64,000 nt of DNA, taken from NCBI GenBank assembly GCA_038496445.1, contig JALMLS010000216.1, forward strand, positions 1 to 64,000. The letters are read 5' to 3'. Position numbers and translations under genes: made by a program. Below the pieces are notes generated by a model. It had not been told where the DNA came from, did no database searches, and saw only the letters and a list, made by a program, of their open reading frames with translations. Positions 25,678 through 38,596 of the stretch are shown here, piece after piece. Position 1 is the stretch's first letter; each line of letters opens with the position of its first letter. The DNA is from Trichosphaerium sp. ATCC 40318. Its lineage: Eukaryota > Protista > Tubulinea.

Positions 25678-25952
25678 CGATAAGGCGGAAAGAAAAACAT
25701 AAAGCTGACAAAGAGCACTACGTACCGATTTACGATTGGGTGGTGCCACTGTGGCTTTCGTTGATAACACAGCTTGCACTTATCTTTACTATGACGTGAG
25801 ATCAGGATCGCATATTACAGTAGAGATAAGTAAAGCCATGGGAAGACGCCACTGAGCGTCATAGCCAATGCTTAGGTTTTTTTGCGCCACGATACCTTAT
25901 TACGAGGTTAGTATTTGGCGTGTCATAATAAATTTGCTTGAAGAGCTTTAAA

Positions 25953-26040
25953 AAAGTTCAGATAACTGTAGCCACGTGTTGTAGTTTTGGTCAACACCTA
26001 TATCTTATGATCGCGGAATACAACTCTCATCATTACGAAA
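25953..26040 (-). ncRNA. Box C/D snoRNA candidate, copy 2 (paralog of 25015-25100)
   Basis: Box C ATGATGA (26033-26027), box D CTGA (25961-25958); two substitutions relative to copy 1. Confidence 0.8.
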
Positions 26041-26808
26041 AATCAAAAAAACAAAAGAAAAACATCGAAAAGCGCTGTCTGACGTACCCCATTCTTTCAC
26101 AGTTGTATCCTATGAGAATATCAAAACTGAGAAATAACTTGGGAGAAGGTGCTGTTTGCGATAACAAGAACTTATCTGTTAAACAACTAACTTAAGCGAA
26201 TTGTCAACAATAGTCTTCGTTTTTTTTTTCATGCAATTTTGTCTTTGCAACAAAGTGTATGTATCAACCTTTCATGAGCCTCAACCTGTACGATTGCGCA
26301 TTGGTTAGGCTGCGCGAGTTGCAATACTTTGCGCAGGTTCGCTCACAACAACTGCTAAACACCTCAGAAGAGACCACAGCGCTTACTAAGCGACTTCAAA
26401 GTATTGACCACTCTTATGTAGAGCTCATTGTTTAGATAGAGTGAACCCTCAACGACTTTGTTGCTACAGAAAACATAGATTTTACATGCCAAGTACTAGC
26501 CGAAAGTTCAACGTACAAATGGTTTGGTTGTTGGTTGCTTCCGTGTACATGACTGATGTGTGTAGTTTGTAAACGCTTGTTGATGTTATTGGTCACGTGC
26601 TTTTTATTGGGACGGGCAAATAGTTGACCCTTAGTCCGACCTTTTAAGGCAGAAAAGGCACGCGCCTTCAAAAAATACGACAGGTATCTTAGTGTTGTAA
26701 AACACCGTTACAGTACATAGTGATATTGCGCAAGCGTCCCCGAAACAGTGCCGTAATAACTGTTTAAGATCTGTGAATACTTTAGTTCGCTTTAAAGACC
26801 ATAACAAC

Positions 26809-27199
26809 ATGGCTTCAGTTATAAACAAGTTGCGTGGCGATAGTGATAAACCAAAGAAACAGCGTCCAGCGTTTATGGAGAATACCAAATGCTCAGGACC
26901 AAAGTGCGATAGGATAGTCATAGGCGAGAATGAAAGGCGAATAAAATACAATGATGACATTGCAAAGAAACCTCGGTATTGTTCAGTTTGCGGTAAATTC
27001 TACTGCGGAAAACACAAGCATAAGGTACGAAACGAGTCTGGATTAATCTCGTTCATAACTAACAACTTTGTAGTACATGAAGAAGAGAGACGGTGGATGG
27101 AAGTGTAAAAAAACGTGTAAAGGATTGCATCATGTATATAAACCAGATGCACCTGAAGACTATAAATTTGTAGGTCCGCTTGTTATGAACCTGGATTAG
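26809..27199 (+). CDS. Small Cys-rich zinc-finger-like protein, two exons
   Basis: CSGPKC...YCSVCGKFYCGKH...WKCKKTC after splicing a GT-AG intron near 27024-27072. Confidence 0.7.
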
Positions 27200-27334
27200 G
27201 TGACAACAAAAGAATGTACATAAAATAGAAATAAAACCTACTGTGCAAACAATTCTTAGTCTTAGTTTTTTTGTTGGAACAGAGGCTGTTTTATTTTGGC
27301 AACAGCTATATTTTACAAGTTTTAGGCCTTTTAA

Positions 27335-28771
27335 TTACTGGTATGGCGAGTCATTAGCGTATGGATCAACTATTCAAAACAATAAGAAATAAATAATAAA
27401 AACAAAAAAAAATCAATCAAACGACATACCTTGTGGTACTACTGGGCCGGGTTGCCCCTGTGGCGGGTACGGTTGGCCTTGAGGTGGGTATCCTTGGTCT
27501 ATTGGCTGACCTTGTGGAGGGTATCCGGGTTGTGTGCCATAAGGTTGTGGCGTAGCATAAGGTTGTGGAGGTTGCGCATATGGTTGTGGCATTGGTGTAC
27601 CGTAAGCCACAGGTTGTTGAGGTACAGGTTGATGAACTTGCGTAGTGACTTGTGGTTGAACTACGGTGGTAGTAGTATGTGTGACTGTTTTTGTTGTTCC
27701 ACCTCTCGATCTAAAAATGTTCTAAAGGAAAACATTAAGAAGGGCAAAACAAAGTTTTTTTTTTCAATACTTACACCACGTCTGAATATCGAACAACATA
27801 TGATGAGGAGACAAATGACAACAAAAATGATTGGTCCAATGTATGCAGCAATACTAATGCCACCGCGAGAAGAGGTGCTTTCCTCGTCCCAATCTATGTC
27901 AATGAATGGTTTTGTCTACTAATGTTAGCGACATAAAGTAATTCACCCCCTTTATACACGCACATTGACGTTCCAGAACGCATTGCTGGGTACGCTGGTT
28001 GGGAAAACTGGCCTTAAAATGATAACAATATCACTTCGGAGGTCTACCCACGCTATAAATAGACAACAAGTCAGTGGGAGCTCAAAAAAATAATAAAAAA
28101 AAATGTTATTGTGTTATGCTAATACAAACAAAAGGTTACGCACAAGATTGGCTAACAACACCCTCAAGCAACGAATTAGGAATGTCCCAGTCATTGTCGG
28201 TATTGAGCCTACTGACGGTTTCTCTAGATTCGGTATTTGAGCCTGACGAACAATTAGATTACATTATTTTACTTCTGCTGTACCTGTGTTGACGTAGTTC
28301 CAAGTATCGTAATCAACGTCACTAAACAAAGTACAACTCCTTTCGGCTGGGTCTGGTTCTCTGACAATGCTGACAAGGAATGATGTACTTTGCAAGGTAA
28401 ATGCGCTCGGAGAGAAAGAGGTGATATGAAAATCTAAGTCATCGATCTGGGGATTAACAAGGGTTAGTTATTTTGGATTACCATTTAACTGTTAGTAAAA
28501 TTTATCACATTGTGCGTACCTCTGCGTCTTCCGTTAGTCTGACGTTGTTAAAGCGAATGTAGAGAGAAGCACTTGCAGGTATAAGTTCATTAACGCTAGC
28601 AGAGCATTCAGCGGTTGTCTGCCCCGGTCGCACGAACATAACCTGATCAGCAAATTCGAGGGTAGTAGTTGAGGCTACTAAAAACAGTTACACGATTGAA
28701 ACGCCCTTATAGTTACCTGTGGTCGCTGCAAGGCAACATAGCACAATTAGAAAGCAGCTTTGCCTGTGCAT
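27335..28771 (-). CDS. Single-pass membrane protein with Pro/Gln/Tyr-rich cytoplasmic tail
   Basis: Signal peptide MHRQSCFLIVLCCLAAT; TM GISIAAYIGPIIFVVICLLIICCS; QPYATPQPYGTQPGYPPQ tail. Confidence 0.75.
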
Positions 28772-29236
28772 TGTAAACAAAAAATATAACTTCAACGAAA
28801 GTCACAAGTCACTTTTTTCAATCAATACTGCCATTGGAGAACATAATGGACAGTGTCGGAGAACTTTGGTTTTCAAAACAAAACCAAAAGTTCAATGGAA
28901 CTAATTAGTTTTGTAGTTGTGTATAAACTCACGCGATATGTACACGCAGTACACTGAATTTTAGACAATACAGGCTCGTTTACAAAACAAAGTGTCAAAC
29001 AACAGTTGTAATGTTCTTATGCCGCTGAATTACGTTCGATCGAGTGCAAAACCAGCATATCAACGTGGTGCTTTATCATTTCCCAACTGTTTCGAACGCA
29101 TATAACAGCACAGCCATTTCATAATCACAAAGGGTACTTCCATGGCCTTTATTTACATGTTGTGCTTTTTTTTTTTGATTAACTGCTCTATCGCCAGCTC
29201 CATAGATTTGTAGGCTGTAGGGAACATGTTTTCGGA

Positions 29237-29419
29237 CTAATCGTTCTTTAAATCGCCGGTATTCGTCTTTTTTGTTCCACCTATTCTACCTTCCCTTACT
29301 TCTGTGTAAACTGCACCACAGCCGCATAGAACAGCCGCTACGCACAAAATTAAGAATGCCATAATTACACCGCGTGTAATAACTTGAAATACGTCTGGAT
29401 CAGACCAATCGATGTCCAT
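29237..29419 (-). CDS. Small 60-aa single-TM protein
   Basis: ATG-initiated ORF with a central hydrophobic helix and a charged tail, located between two genes. Confidence 0.55.
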   Translation of the reverse strand: MDIDWSDPDVFQVITRGVIMAFLILCVAAVLCGCGAVYTEVREGRIGGTKKTNTGDLKND

Positions 29420-29496
29420 TGCAGTGGTACTAGCGAGTTATGTGTCAAATGCAACTTAAACACGAACAAAACAATTAGTTTTATTTTCCTTATATT

Positions 29497-30639
29497 TCAG
29501 TACATAGCGATTTGAATCAAAGTACAAGTTTGTTCCTTACCGTCACGTGGATCAACTGTATTGAGTTTCAATACAGTCAAAACTCTCGTAGGGTTGCGTG
29601 CAACGGCCAGTGTTGAGTCTCCCTCTACCATCAATCTACAATAGAATTAGGAAAAAAAACTAGCATGATTCAATGAAGACGATGTTACGTAACCAAAAGA
29701 CGAACATTCCAAGCGATCCATTCTTCAGGTTGTAGGTCATCAAATATTTCAACCTCTCCTGTAAGGAAGGAGTAGTCATAGCGCCTTGGGTGGTGTTCAT
29801 GTCGCTTCCATTTAGGGTGCCACACAACAAAGTAGTATAGTCCTGGTTGATCAATTACTGCATCAATGGTGTTTCTAGTGTCGCAATTATTTTCAGGTAA
29901 AGGTTTGAGACACTCTTCAATCCCTAGGTTCGATTGTAAGGATATTTGAACAGTTTGAAACGAAGAGTTTGCATACCAAAAGGAATGAACAATACTCTCT
30001 TCCACAAAATATTCGCCTTTGATCATATTTTCTTTGTGTTTGCTTGACAGTTCTAATAGCGTAACCTTGAGGTACATCAAAAGGTAGGTCATCAGAGCAA
30101 TAATTGTTATAGACAAGGGGCTTCTGAGTCTAAAGTGTAGTTAGGAGATTATTATTCGATTGGCATATAAAGACAACGTACTCTTCGGTCAATTGTGCCT
30201 TGCGGAGCGACCAAGGTTAGTGCAGGATAAAAATCCAATAACTCCTTACAAGCAGGGGTCATAACAAAGTTGTAGAGGGTATGGTTTGTACGTCGGTTTT
30301 GTTAAACATAACACATCATAGTCCTTCCTCCCAAGCAATGTAGCGCCAGCAACTATTGCTGCATTTGTGCGTATTTTACTCCTTGCTGGATTAACTAATC
30401 ACATGCTAGCCACGTTTTACAAATATCAAAAACACCATACATCTGTCAACAAAGCTCGATTCTTTGACGACATCAAATGGGAACTCAAAACTGTAGTCCT
30501 CCGCTTCTTCTGGGTTAACATAGTAACTGGTTGGCCTGAAGTTGCTGTGACGCATACGTTGCAGCTCTACGGGAACACGGAAGTGGCCATCAGCAGCGGC
30601 TATAAAAAATAATAGACACAGAGGCGCTGTGGATGTCAT
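29497..30639 (-). CDS. Secreted hypothetical protein; possible frameshift near 30006-30009
   Basis: Signal peptide and spliced exons (FYPALTLVAP...LPFDVPQGY...PGLYYFVVWHP); frame change or an unusual intron needed near 30.0 kb. Confidence 0.6.
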
Positions 30640-32508
30640 TGGTGACTTGTATTTGTTGAAGTACAGTGCACATCAGCATAGAAACTACAAAGTAATGTTC
30701 ACACCCCCCGAAATTAAATAATTCTTCAGATTGCCGTAAGTTTATGAATTAGTGTTCAACAGGCAACGAGAGCCTTCGTGACATATGTGAACGTAAAGTG
30801 AACAAGGTTAGCAAGAGTTATTGAAATGTCCGAAAAAGAGAAGTTTTTTAGGATACGTGAAAAGTGCTACGAGATGTGACAGTTTTAACGTCACGCGTCT
30901 GGTTGTTTTCAGCTAACATATTCTACTACACGTGTTGTCAAGTGTGTAAAATGGTCCGAAGAGCCTAAACCGTTAACATGTAATAGCAATGGAGAAGCAA
31001 CAGCATACCAGCGTCTAGAGTTGAAAGAAAAACAGTTAGGGCTCAGAGCTAATTGTGGGTACATCTTCCGAACGCGCTGTAGGCTGCATGAAACATCGTA
31101 GTAGTCATATTACATTGTTTCTGAAGTATGCAAGCACGCGCGGAAACCGTATTTCTCGATGTGGTGCAGAATTTCCATTTTCAGATTTCCAACTTGGCTT
31201 ATTTCCGATATATTTGTCTATTCTCAACATGGAAACGCACCACCTCGTCCTCAAACCACTATTTCAAGACGGCAAGCACAAGGGATCTGTTGTATATCAT
31301 CTGAGCTTCAACCACGCGCAACAAGTTGACTTGGCGTCTATGCACAGCAGAGCGCTTCAAAAACGAATAAACCAATTCGTTGACGCACATTTAAAGGCCT
31401 CACAGCATAAACAAGGCAATCTCAAAAGGAACCGGGATGCATTTAAGAAACACTCTTGCGGCCGACGTTGCTTACGAAGATGCCCTATTACACTTGTTGG
31501 TACCTACACTAGCGGATAAAGCGAACTGTGAGCCATCATGCATGGAAACAATGACCTAAAGAAGAAAACGCTTGTCGGAATTTTTTTGTACCCTTCACCG
31601 CAGCGAAACCTTGTACATACACCAAAAAATGAAATGAAAATTGTAACTGATAAAATAAAACAAATACTACACTACTCCACCTCGTGCAATTCGTGTTAAC
31701 ACGAAGAATTGACACCACAGTGTTTTGACATTTTGTAGACGTGATGAACTTTTTAGTGAGTATCTATAAGTGTAACTTCCTAAAGTGGCCTCTTAGGCTC
31801 TTTAAGAAAATAGCGCTTGCCTCCAACGAACTTTTGCTTGCCAGAGGGCCAAGTCTCATAGCTTGTGTGGGTGTTGGAACAAGGGATAGTTTGCAGATGC
31901 GTTGATCGTGTATTGAAGATAATAATGTAAACTATATGCAACGGGTCCGCGATGCTCATGTGCAGCGGCAACAGCGTAGCTCCTGTGAGCGTCACCGCCG
32001 ATCACTGACAGTTCTCAAAAACATGGCATTGTTTAAAGCCAATCTTGCGAAAAGGTATAATTTTACATCCTCCGCAACAGTTACAGCTATATCGAGATTT
32101 GTTTGATACGTATTCGCCTGAACATTCGTCGGTAAGATTCCAGTAATACGTCGCCTAACTGTCGTTTGGATTATACATACTCACGGTGTTGGGTCTTCTC
32201 AAGAGGTGGACAACTTCCTCAAAATTACACTGGCTAGTTCCGGAGAAAGACTGTTTACGTTAGCAAATTTTCAAGAATATGCCGGCAATAAAGTGACACT
32301 CAGAAGGCTCATTAATGTGTATACTTTGCTCTTGTGCAATTACGGTTTTCGTTATTAAATTTAACACCTGAAAAGCATGAAATTTGTTGTAAACTTAAAA
32401 GGCTTTAAGTCTAACTTCCTGAATATTAGCTACTGTATCACCGGTATTGTACACGAACTAGCACCCAGTACAAAGCGCAAGCCTAAAGATCATTATAAAC
32501 ACAACAAT

Positions 32509-33069
32509 ATGGCCAAAGAATTCTGCGTGGTAAAATTTGGTAACACAGAACGGCGATTTGTGTCTTTTGTAACGTTAAGCGACATACTGCGTGCGTTTAG
32601 CTTATCTCCGGGACCATTTACACTTTACAACTCTACATCACTCTCATGCGACATGGCACCGCGCATAGGAGCTAAATACGAATTATTATATTGGCCCGAT
32701 GCTATAAAACGAGAACGTGAGTCTTTTAACAAACGCATACATGAAAAATTGGCCGCTATAGATAAGATTAAGAACACTATCGAGCAATTGAAGCGCGTTC
32801 GGGTCGTTGGTAAACCGGGAAAAGAATTCAGCAAAACCAATACTACACCCTTTGTGCGGCACAGCAGAGCTGGCTTTTCAACCAAATATAACACAGCTAT
32901 GAGCCGCTTGACTGGTTTAAGTATTAATAACCGCGTTTCAAAGCGAAGCACCAAGACACGCATGCCACGACAAATGGACCTTCCAGTATTGGCCATGAAA
33001 CCTTCATTGTCCCTGAAATCCACTTGCGCGCCTCTACACGTCAACTTACAACAATTTCGGTTGAACTGA
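32509..33069 (+). CDS. Hypothetical intronless protein with central coiled coil
   Basis: Open frame from MAKEFCVVKFG; RESFNKRIHEKLAAIDKIKNTIEQL; AT-rich 3' flank. Confidence 0.55.
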   Translation: MAKEFCVVKFGNTERRFVSFVTLSDILRAFSLSPGPFTLYNSTSLSCDMAPRIGAKYELLYWPDAIKRERESFNKRIHEKLAAIDKIKNTIEQLKRVRVVGKPGKEFSKTNTTPFVRHSRAGFSTKYNTAMSRLTGLSINNRVSKRSTKTRMPRQMDLPVLAMKPSLSLKSTCAPLHVNLQQFRLN

Positions 33070-33507
33070 AAATATCACCCAGACGACAATAACATATATT
33101 AAATAACACCGCTGTAATTATAATAGCTGTGCCCTTCAAGAAAAAAATATGAATGGCGCATCACACTCACTGTATCATAAAAACGAAACAAAATTGTTAC
33201 ACCTGTGGCTCTGACAGACGGCTACTTTACGCTTTAATATCACCTGCGCTACAACGCGAGTCGCATACTCAAGTTCCCCACAACCGCCCCAAAAACCCGA
33301 TCCTACCCCACTTCACAAATTCGCGCGATTCTTCGCTCACTTGTATTTTTACGTGCCTTTGGCACTCAACCAAGGATTTTCAAATAAAACCTGTATTTAT
33401 TGACACTTGACATTTTTTTTATTATTGTGAAGCCACTGAGACCACTGAAAGCCATTTAGCTGACTTAAAGCATTAACATGATATAAATACAGTTTGATTA
33501 GCGCATT

Positions 33508-34487
33508 ATGGCGCTGTTTACGCGTGTATCTGTAAACAAAGTGCGGTCTACATATAAAAAGAGCTTCGTACGCTGTTACGAACGACACACCGACGTCCAA
33601 GAAGTGCCTGGGCTCGTTTCCTACAATAATTTTCTTAATGAGCATGAAATCTCCTCTATCAGTAAGCAAATGACGCAATTCAATGCCGAAATGCGTTCTA
33701 GCCTTAAAAAGGCACGTTTTATCACTTTCAACTCTTGTTGGTTAACTGAAACGTTACTTTAGAGCGCACATACATCAACAAAGACAAATGTGCCACAACC
33801 AAAAAGTGTTCGTAGTCAGAATCACAACCTCTCCTCTGAAGAAGACTTCCTACCACTCACGTGCAATGATACCATTCGCAAAACGTGCGCACGGATATAA
33901 TTTTTTAATCATTCTTTGCGTTGCCTTCTGTTAGTAACACCCAGTGTAGGACATTGCAGGGCGCGTACTTTACTCGGTATGGAGAGGATGCACACGAGCT
34001 AGCTTATTTTAAAGGTGCTGATAACGTGCCTGGCTTCGCGTGGAACTTGTTATCAAGTAAGATCATTGAATTACCTGAAGTACAGGCTGTTTCACCACGT
34101 AAGGATTCGCTGGTTTGGAATACAACCTTAAACTATTACGGTAGCCGTGAAACTGATGGTGGAAACACTGAGCAGGCTGGTTTTGGTTTTCATAAAGATA
34201 TCGCTGCAAATGGAGATATTTCCGTTATACTTAGTCTTGGTCCTACTACTTCGCTTGAGTTCAAACCAGACAAGGAAGGAGCTACAGAAACCAAACGCAT
34301 TCATGTTGGTAATGGAGCTATGATTATACTGACAGGAGATGCAAGGTATGCTCTTACTAATTGATTCATTATTTACATTGTTAGATGGAAATGGATTCAC
34401 CGAGTGGTACCAAAGATAGGTGTAGAGCCTTCAACGCAGGATTTAGATGGATGGAACCGCTTGTCAATAGTGTATGGTTGTAAATGA
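33508..34487 (+). CDS. AlkB-family 2OG-Fe(II) dioxygenase, probably mitochondrial
   Basis: LNYY...GFHKD (HxD), ILSLG, LTGDARWKWIH, RLSIVY; presequence-like N-terminus. Confidence 0.85.
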
Positions 34488-34774
34488 TTAGAAGTGTAGT
34501 GTTTTAAAAATGAAACTCTCACACAAAAGTATTTAGCTAACTTTCAGAAGTTTGTGATTGAAACTGCCCATAAAGAGTGAACGGTATCAAACAGCAGAAT
34601 TCGTGAAAATACGATAATTGTATAATTTCAACTCAATATTCAGAAAATGAGGAATGTTCAAAGTGTAGTAGTGAACTGCAAAAACGTGCCGCAGTTGAAT
34701 TTTCATGAAATTTCCCACAGATTTGCACTTTTGCAGACTGAGTTTGAATATTCCTCATAGCGTCAAAAATCAGA

Positions 34775-35942
34775 ATGCAGTGCTTCCCACCAGAAATTCT
34801 GTTTCATATTGCCCAATTTTGTTCTTTAGAAACTGTTAAAGCGCTAAGACTTGCCGACACTGCTGTAAGGGATAATTTAAATCATCTACGCATTGTCCGT
34901 GTACGTGCACCTTTGTTATCGCGTATTAACAAGCTTTTCAGGCTTGTTTGCTTCTACGTGTAGTAGATTTGTTTGATGCCTTTACACTTAGAGCGTCGTA
35001 TATATCCGATATTGTCAGCTTGTCATCTGGTAAAGTAAGGCTCTTTAAATATTCTCAACTGCCATGTCCATAACATTCTACAAATAGCTTCTAGTAGTAG
35101 AATTTACACGCCATGTGGTACATGTTATGGATAAAAGTGGCAAAATAAGTGATACAATTGGCTTCCGTAATTTAAAAGGAGAATTAAAAGATGGATTGTT
35201 CAAAGATGCACGTTTTTCTTGCCCATGCTCTTTGGCACTTGATAAAGAAGGTGATATTTACCTCACAGATAGTGATAACAGCGCTGTGAGACGTATAGGT
35301 ACAATACATGTTCATTTTTTATAGAGTATTTTTGTGTTGATTAACATGTTAGTTTTTTAACTGCTATTTTCAGATCTCAGTGTGGGTTCAGTTTCGTCAG
35401 TAGATTTCCTAAAGTTTGAAAGTGGTCCAGATGATCTATGTTTTGATTTAAACGGTGATTTATTGATCAGTTCTGAGAGCTATTCAAGTATATGTAGAGT
35501 TAACTTAAGAAAAGAAACACAAATGAACTACAACCTACTACCTCCTGAACTACCACTTATGAATTTTGAGCCATTTAAGTTGGCAATACACCCTAAAACT
35601 GGTATACTATATGTATTGAGACATGATTGCGATACTTGGCTAACCTATAGACACTTGACAATATCACGTGTTATTGATGGTAGAATTGAAGACATATTTA
35701 CGCATGCCACTCGTATACATTCTATGAAGATTGATAGGGCAGGTAACTTGTACTTTGGAGCAGAAGACGGATTCTTTCAGATGGTAATAGAAGGAGAAGT
35801 ACATCGCGTTTTTAAGGTAAAAACAAAACCCAAAATACAAAACGTTACAGCGTTTTGTTTCAACTCTGTTGACAATACAATCATTGGCACGTTTAAGGAT
35901 CTACGCAGAAAATATGCTATGTTCAGTATAAAACATTATTAA
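34775..35942 (+). CDS. F-box plus NHL-repeat beta-propeller protein
   Basis: FPPEILFHIAQF F-box; DGLFKDARFSCPCSLALDKEGDIYLTDSDNSAVRRI NHL repeat. Confidence 0.82.
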
Positions 35943-36412
35943 GAGAATGTAAACACAATCGGTTACGGAAATGTCACAGAAAACAAAGTTATATCATTTT
36001 ATTAGAATACCTCCATCATGTGCGACCAATGCTCATCGCAACTTAGTAATCGCTTAATGAGGTATGGTATCTACTTCTGGTCGGTTATCTAAGAAATTTG
36101 TTCGCCTTTGCTAATTTATAAGGTTACCAAAAAATAAGGCTAAATGGGTAGGAGAAACTTGAGGGAGTCAAATGAGGTCTCCATTTATAAGATTTACATA
36201 AATATAAGAAAGGTGCGATGGTGTTAAAACGTTTTAAACAGCAGTGAAATCTCAATGAAAACTCCAGCCAGTTTTATTATTTGTTACAATTTTTTCATTT
36301 TTAACGCCTGAACTACGCAAAATTAGCCAGGCTATGTTTATTGTAGAGTTCAGAGCAAAAAATAAGACTAATTACTCTCAATGCAGATAAATAAAGCCTG
36401 TGACTACTCTTT

Positions 36413-37561
36413 ATGGCCTCAAAGCTTCCAGAGTCGCCAAAGAGCGTTGTTCAAACACAAGAAGTACTATTAGAGTTGCCACAAACCGAAATCAGCGAAA
36501 AAGGTAACGTTGTTTTGTTTATATGCTGTTACTTACACTATGACATAAAGCGAAACCACAGAGTACCGTATCAACGTACGTATACAACTTTGACATCTAC
36601 TTTTTAACTAAATCCTTTCGTTAGTGAGGAAAATAACGGTGAAGTGCAAGGCCCTCCAAAGTCGCCTATACAAGCAATTGAAGTCCCATCCCAACAAACA
36701 CCCAGTACGTTTTTGCGCAGAACGTTTTTCTAGAGTTACTAATCGCGATATAGCTCCTTTGCCTCCTGGTGTAGCATCATCCGTTGTAGTTGTTCATCCT
36801 AGCCAAACCATCACGCCAGCGGTGCGTACAAGTAATATTCTGCTCTACTAAACAACAATCAGGTAGTATATGAACCCATTGTGACACATGCGCCTTTAAC
36901 ACCGCCTCAGTCCGCTGTTACACATGTAATGACACCACCAAGGGTTGCACATGAAAAGCAAATAGTGACTAGACCTATACAGGCAAGTATAAAAGAACGA
37001 CTTGTAAATAGAATGCTAACTCCGTTTTTAGCAAGCTACTGTTTACACTTCTCCTCAAGTGATGGCTCATCAAGTGCGACAACAACCTACTGCCCCAGTC
37101 GTAGCTACAGTTTCTGGTAATGTAGCTACATCAGCAATACCAGTGCGCGCATCATTGCCAAATCCACCAGGAGAAAATTATGTTGATATTACAACATACC
37201 TCAGTTTACCACAGGTTAGTTGGAATTTTGATTGTTTATTTTTTTTGACACTCTGTTAGCGGGAGGCTGCAAACAGATTAGGCTTACCAATGTCTACTCT
37301 TTCAAAGCGTTGGAAAGACGCTGTACCCAACAGAAAGTGGCCTTACAGAACCATCTCAAAGTTAGATAAGGTGATGCTTCAATTTGAGCTGTTGTTTTTT
37401 CTCAGTTTTTTCTTATCTTTTAATTGAGAGTTTAGGAAATAATGGTTCTGCTCCACAATATTCCACAAAACCAACCAGTACCAAAAGATATTGAAAAGAC
37501 TTTAACCAAGTTATTAAAAGAGCGTGATGATTTATTGAAGAAAGTTGTTATCCGCCTTTGA
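36413..37561 (+). CDS. RWP-RK domain transcription factor
   Basis: YLSLPQREAANRLGLPMSTLSKRWKDAVPNRKWPYRTISKLD after splicing. Confidence 0.88.
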
Positions 37562-37868
37562 AAAAAACAATTGTACAAATTAAAAAAAACCAAATAAACC
37601 TTTTTTTTTTATCAATTGGTTTTTATGTCAAGCTGTGCTGTATCTCACCTTGAGCTACTGAAATTAAAAACATGAAATGAACCTACTGGATTTGACCGGA
37701 CTTGTTAATTACATGGTGTTATCATATTGAGCATAACTCAATGAAGCCAGTGTTATGGGTGATACAAAAACAGAGTTTATTCTTTGTTCTAGAAACTAGG
37801 AAGTGCGTATAATTTGAGAATGTAACTAAACTATACGAACAGGAATAGATTGGTTAACAATATATGAT

Positions 37869-38596
37869 TTAATAGGTGCTGGAGAGTTGTGGTGTTTTCT
37901 GATATTGATAAGTAATAGCACCACTAACATCGAATTTTGCTTTCACAGATTTTGTAGTCACGTGCTTGTAGCCTGGATATGTTTCAGGAATGAAACACCA
38001 AGCACCAGTGAGATACAAACCTGCATAGGAGGCAGCGTCTTTTACACCCCATTCTGAATACGGTGATACGCAATCCTGGAGCTAGTTAGACTTGGCATTT
38101 CAAGCATGGCCTATACCTTTACTGTTAAATGAATGCGACCGTCGTACGCTAACTGGTCTCTAGCCGACATCATAAAACGCTGAATGAGGATTTGGTTGAA
38201 GTGAATGGGTCTTTGGATACCACAGTGCGGGAAGTTAAATACAATAACATCAAACCTTATGTATTGCTATACAAAGTGCAGGTTGGTCAGCTAATATACC
38301 TTTTATCCCCAAAACTTCGTTGTAGGTCACAGGCATCTACTTCCGTAAGCACGTTTGTTCCGGCGCTTTTGAATTAAATCATGTTCCAATTTGAGGCACT
38401 ATATTTCTTCACCACATTATCTACACTATCTAGAGTTGTTGCTGTAATACAAGTTCCACCAATAGAGTTAGAAAGCGCTACCATAAACGACGTTAGAAAA
38501 TCCGTTGAACAACCGAAAAGGGTTGTTACCACGGCTAAAAGAAAAGTCACCATCGCCTACTATTAGAATAGAGTCGTTCTTAGTGTATTGTTGCAT
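37869..38596 (-). pseudogene. BMT5-like (DUF2431) rRNA uridine-N3 methyltransferase domain gene with one in-frame TAA
   Basis: ILIVGDGDFSFS...TATTLDS...KKY...NMI*FKSAG...VDA...FDVIVFNFPHCG...PYSEWG...YPGYKH; stop at 38374-38376. Confidence 0.8.

Larger units (their letters stand above)
24830..26200 (-). ncRNA. Spliced non-coding snoRNA host transcript with four snoRNA-bearing introns
   Basis: GTACGY donors at 26087, 25725, 25486, 25146 and AG acceptors at 25896, 25550, 25333, 24951; TACTAAC branch site at 25913-25907; AATAAA near 24835; no long ORF found in the joined exons. Outer ends approximate. Confidence 0.65.

Noticed and set aside
30006-30009. Programmed frameshifting here and at ~475
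   Set aside because: Both are single-base shifts in short homopolymers, more simply explained by sequencing error, decay or an unrecognised intron.
31055-32300. ORF fragments 31055-31519 and 31780-31995
   Set aside because: No recognisable motif or coherent spliced model.
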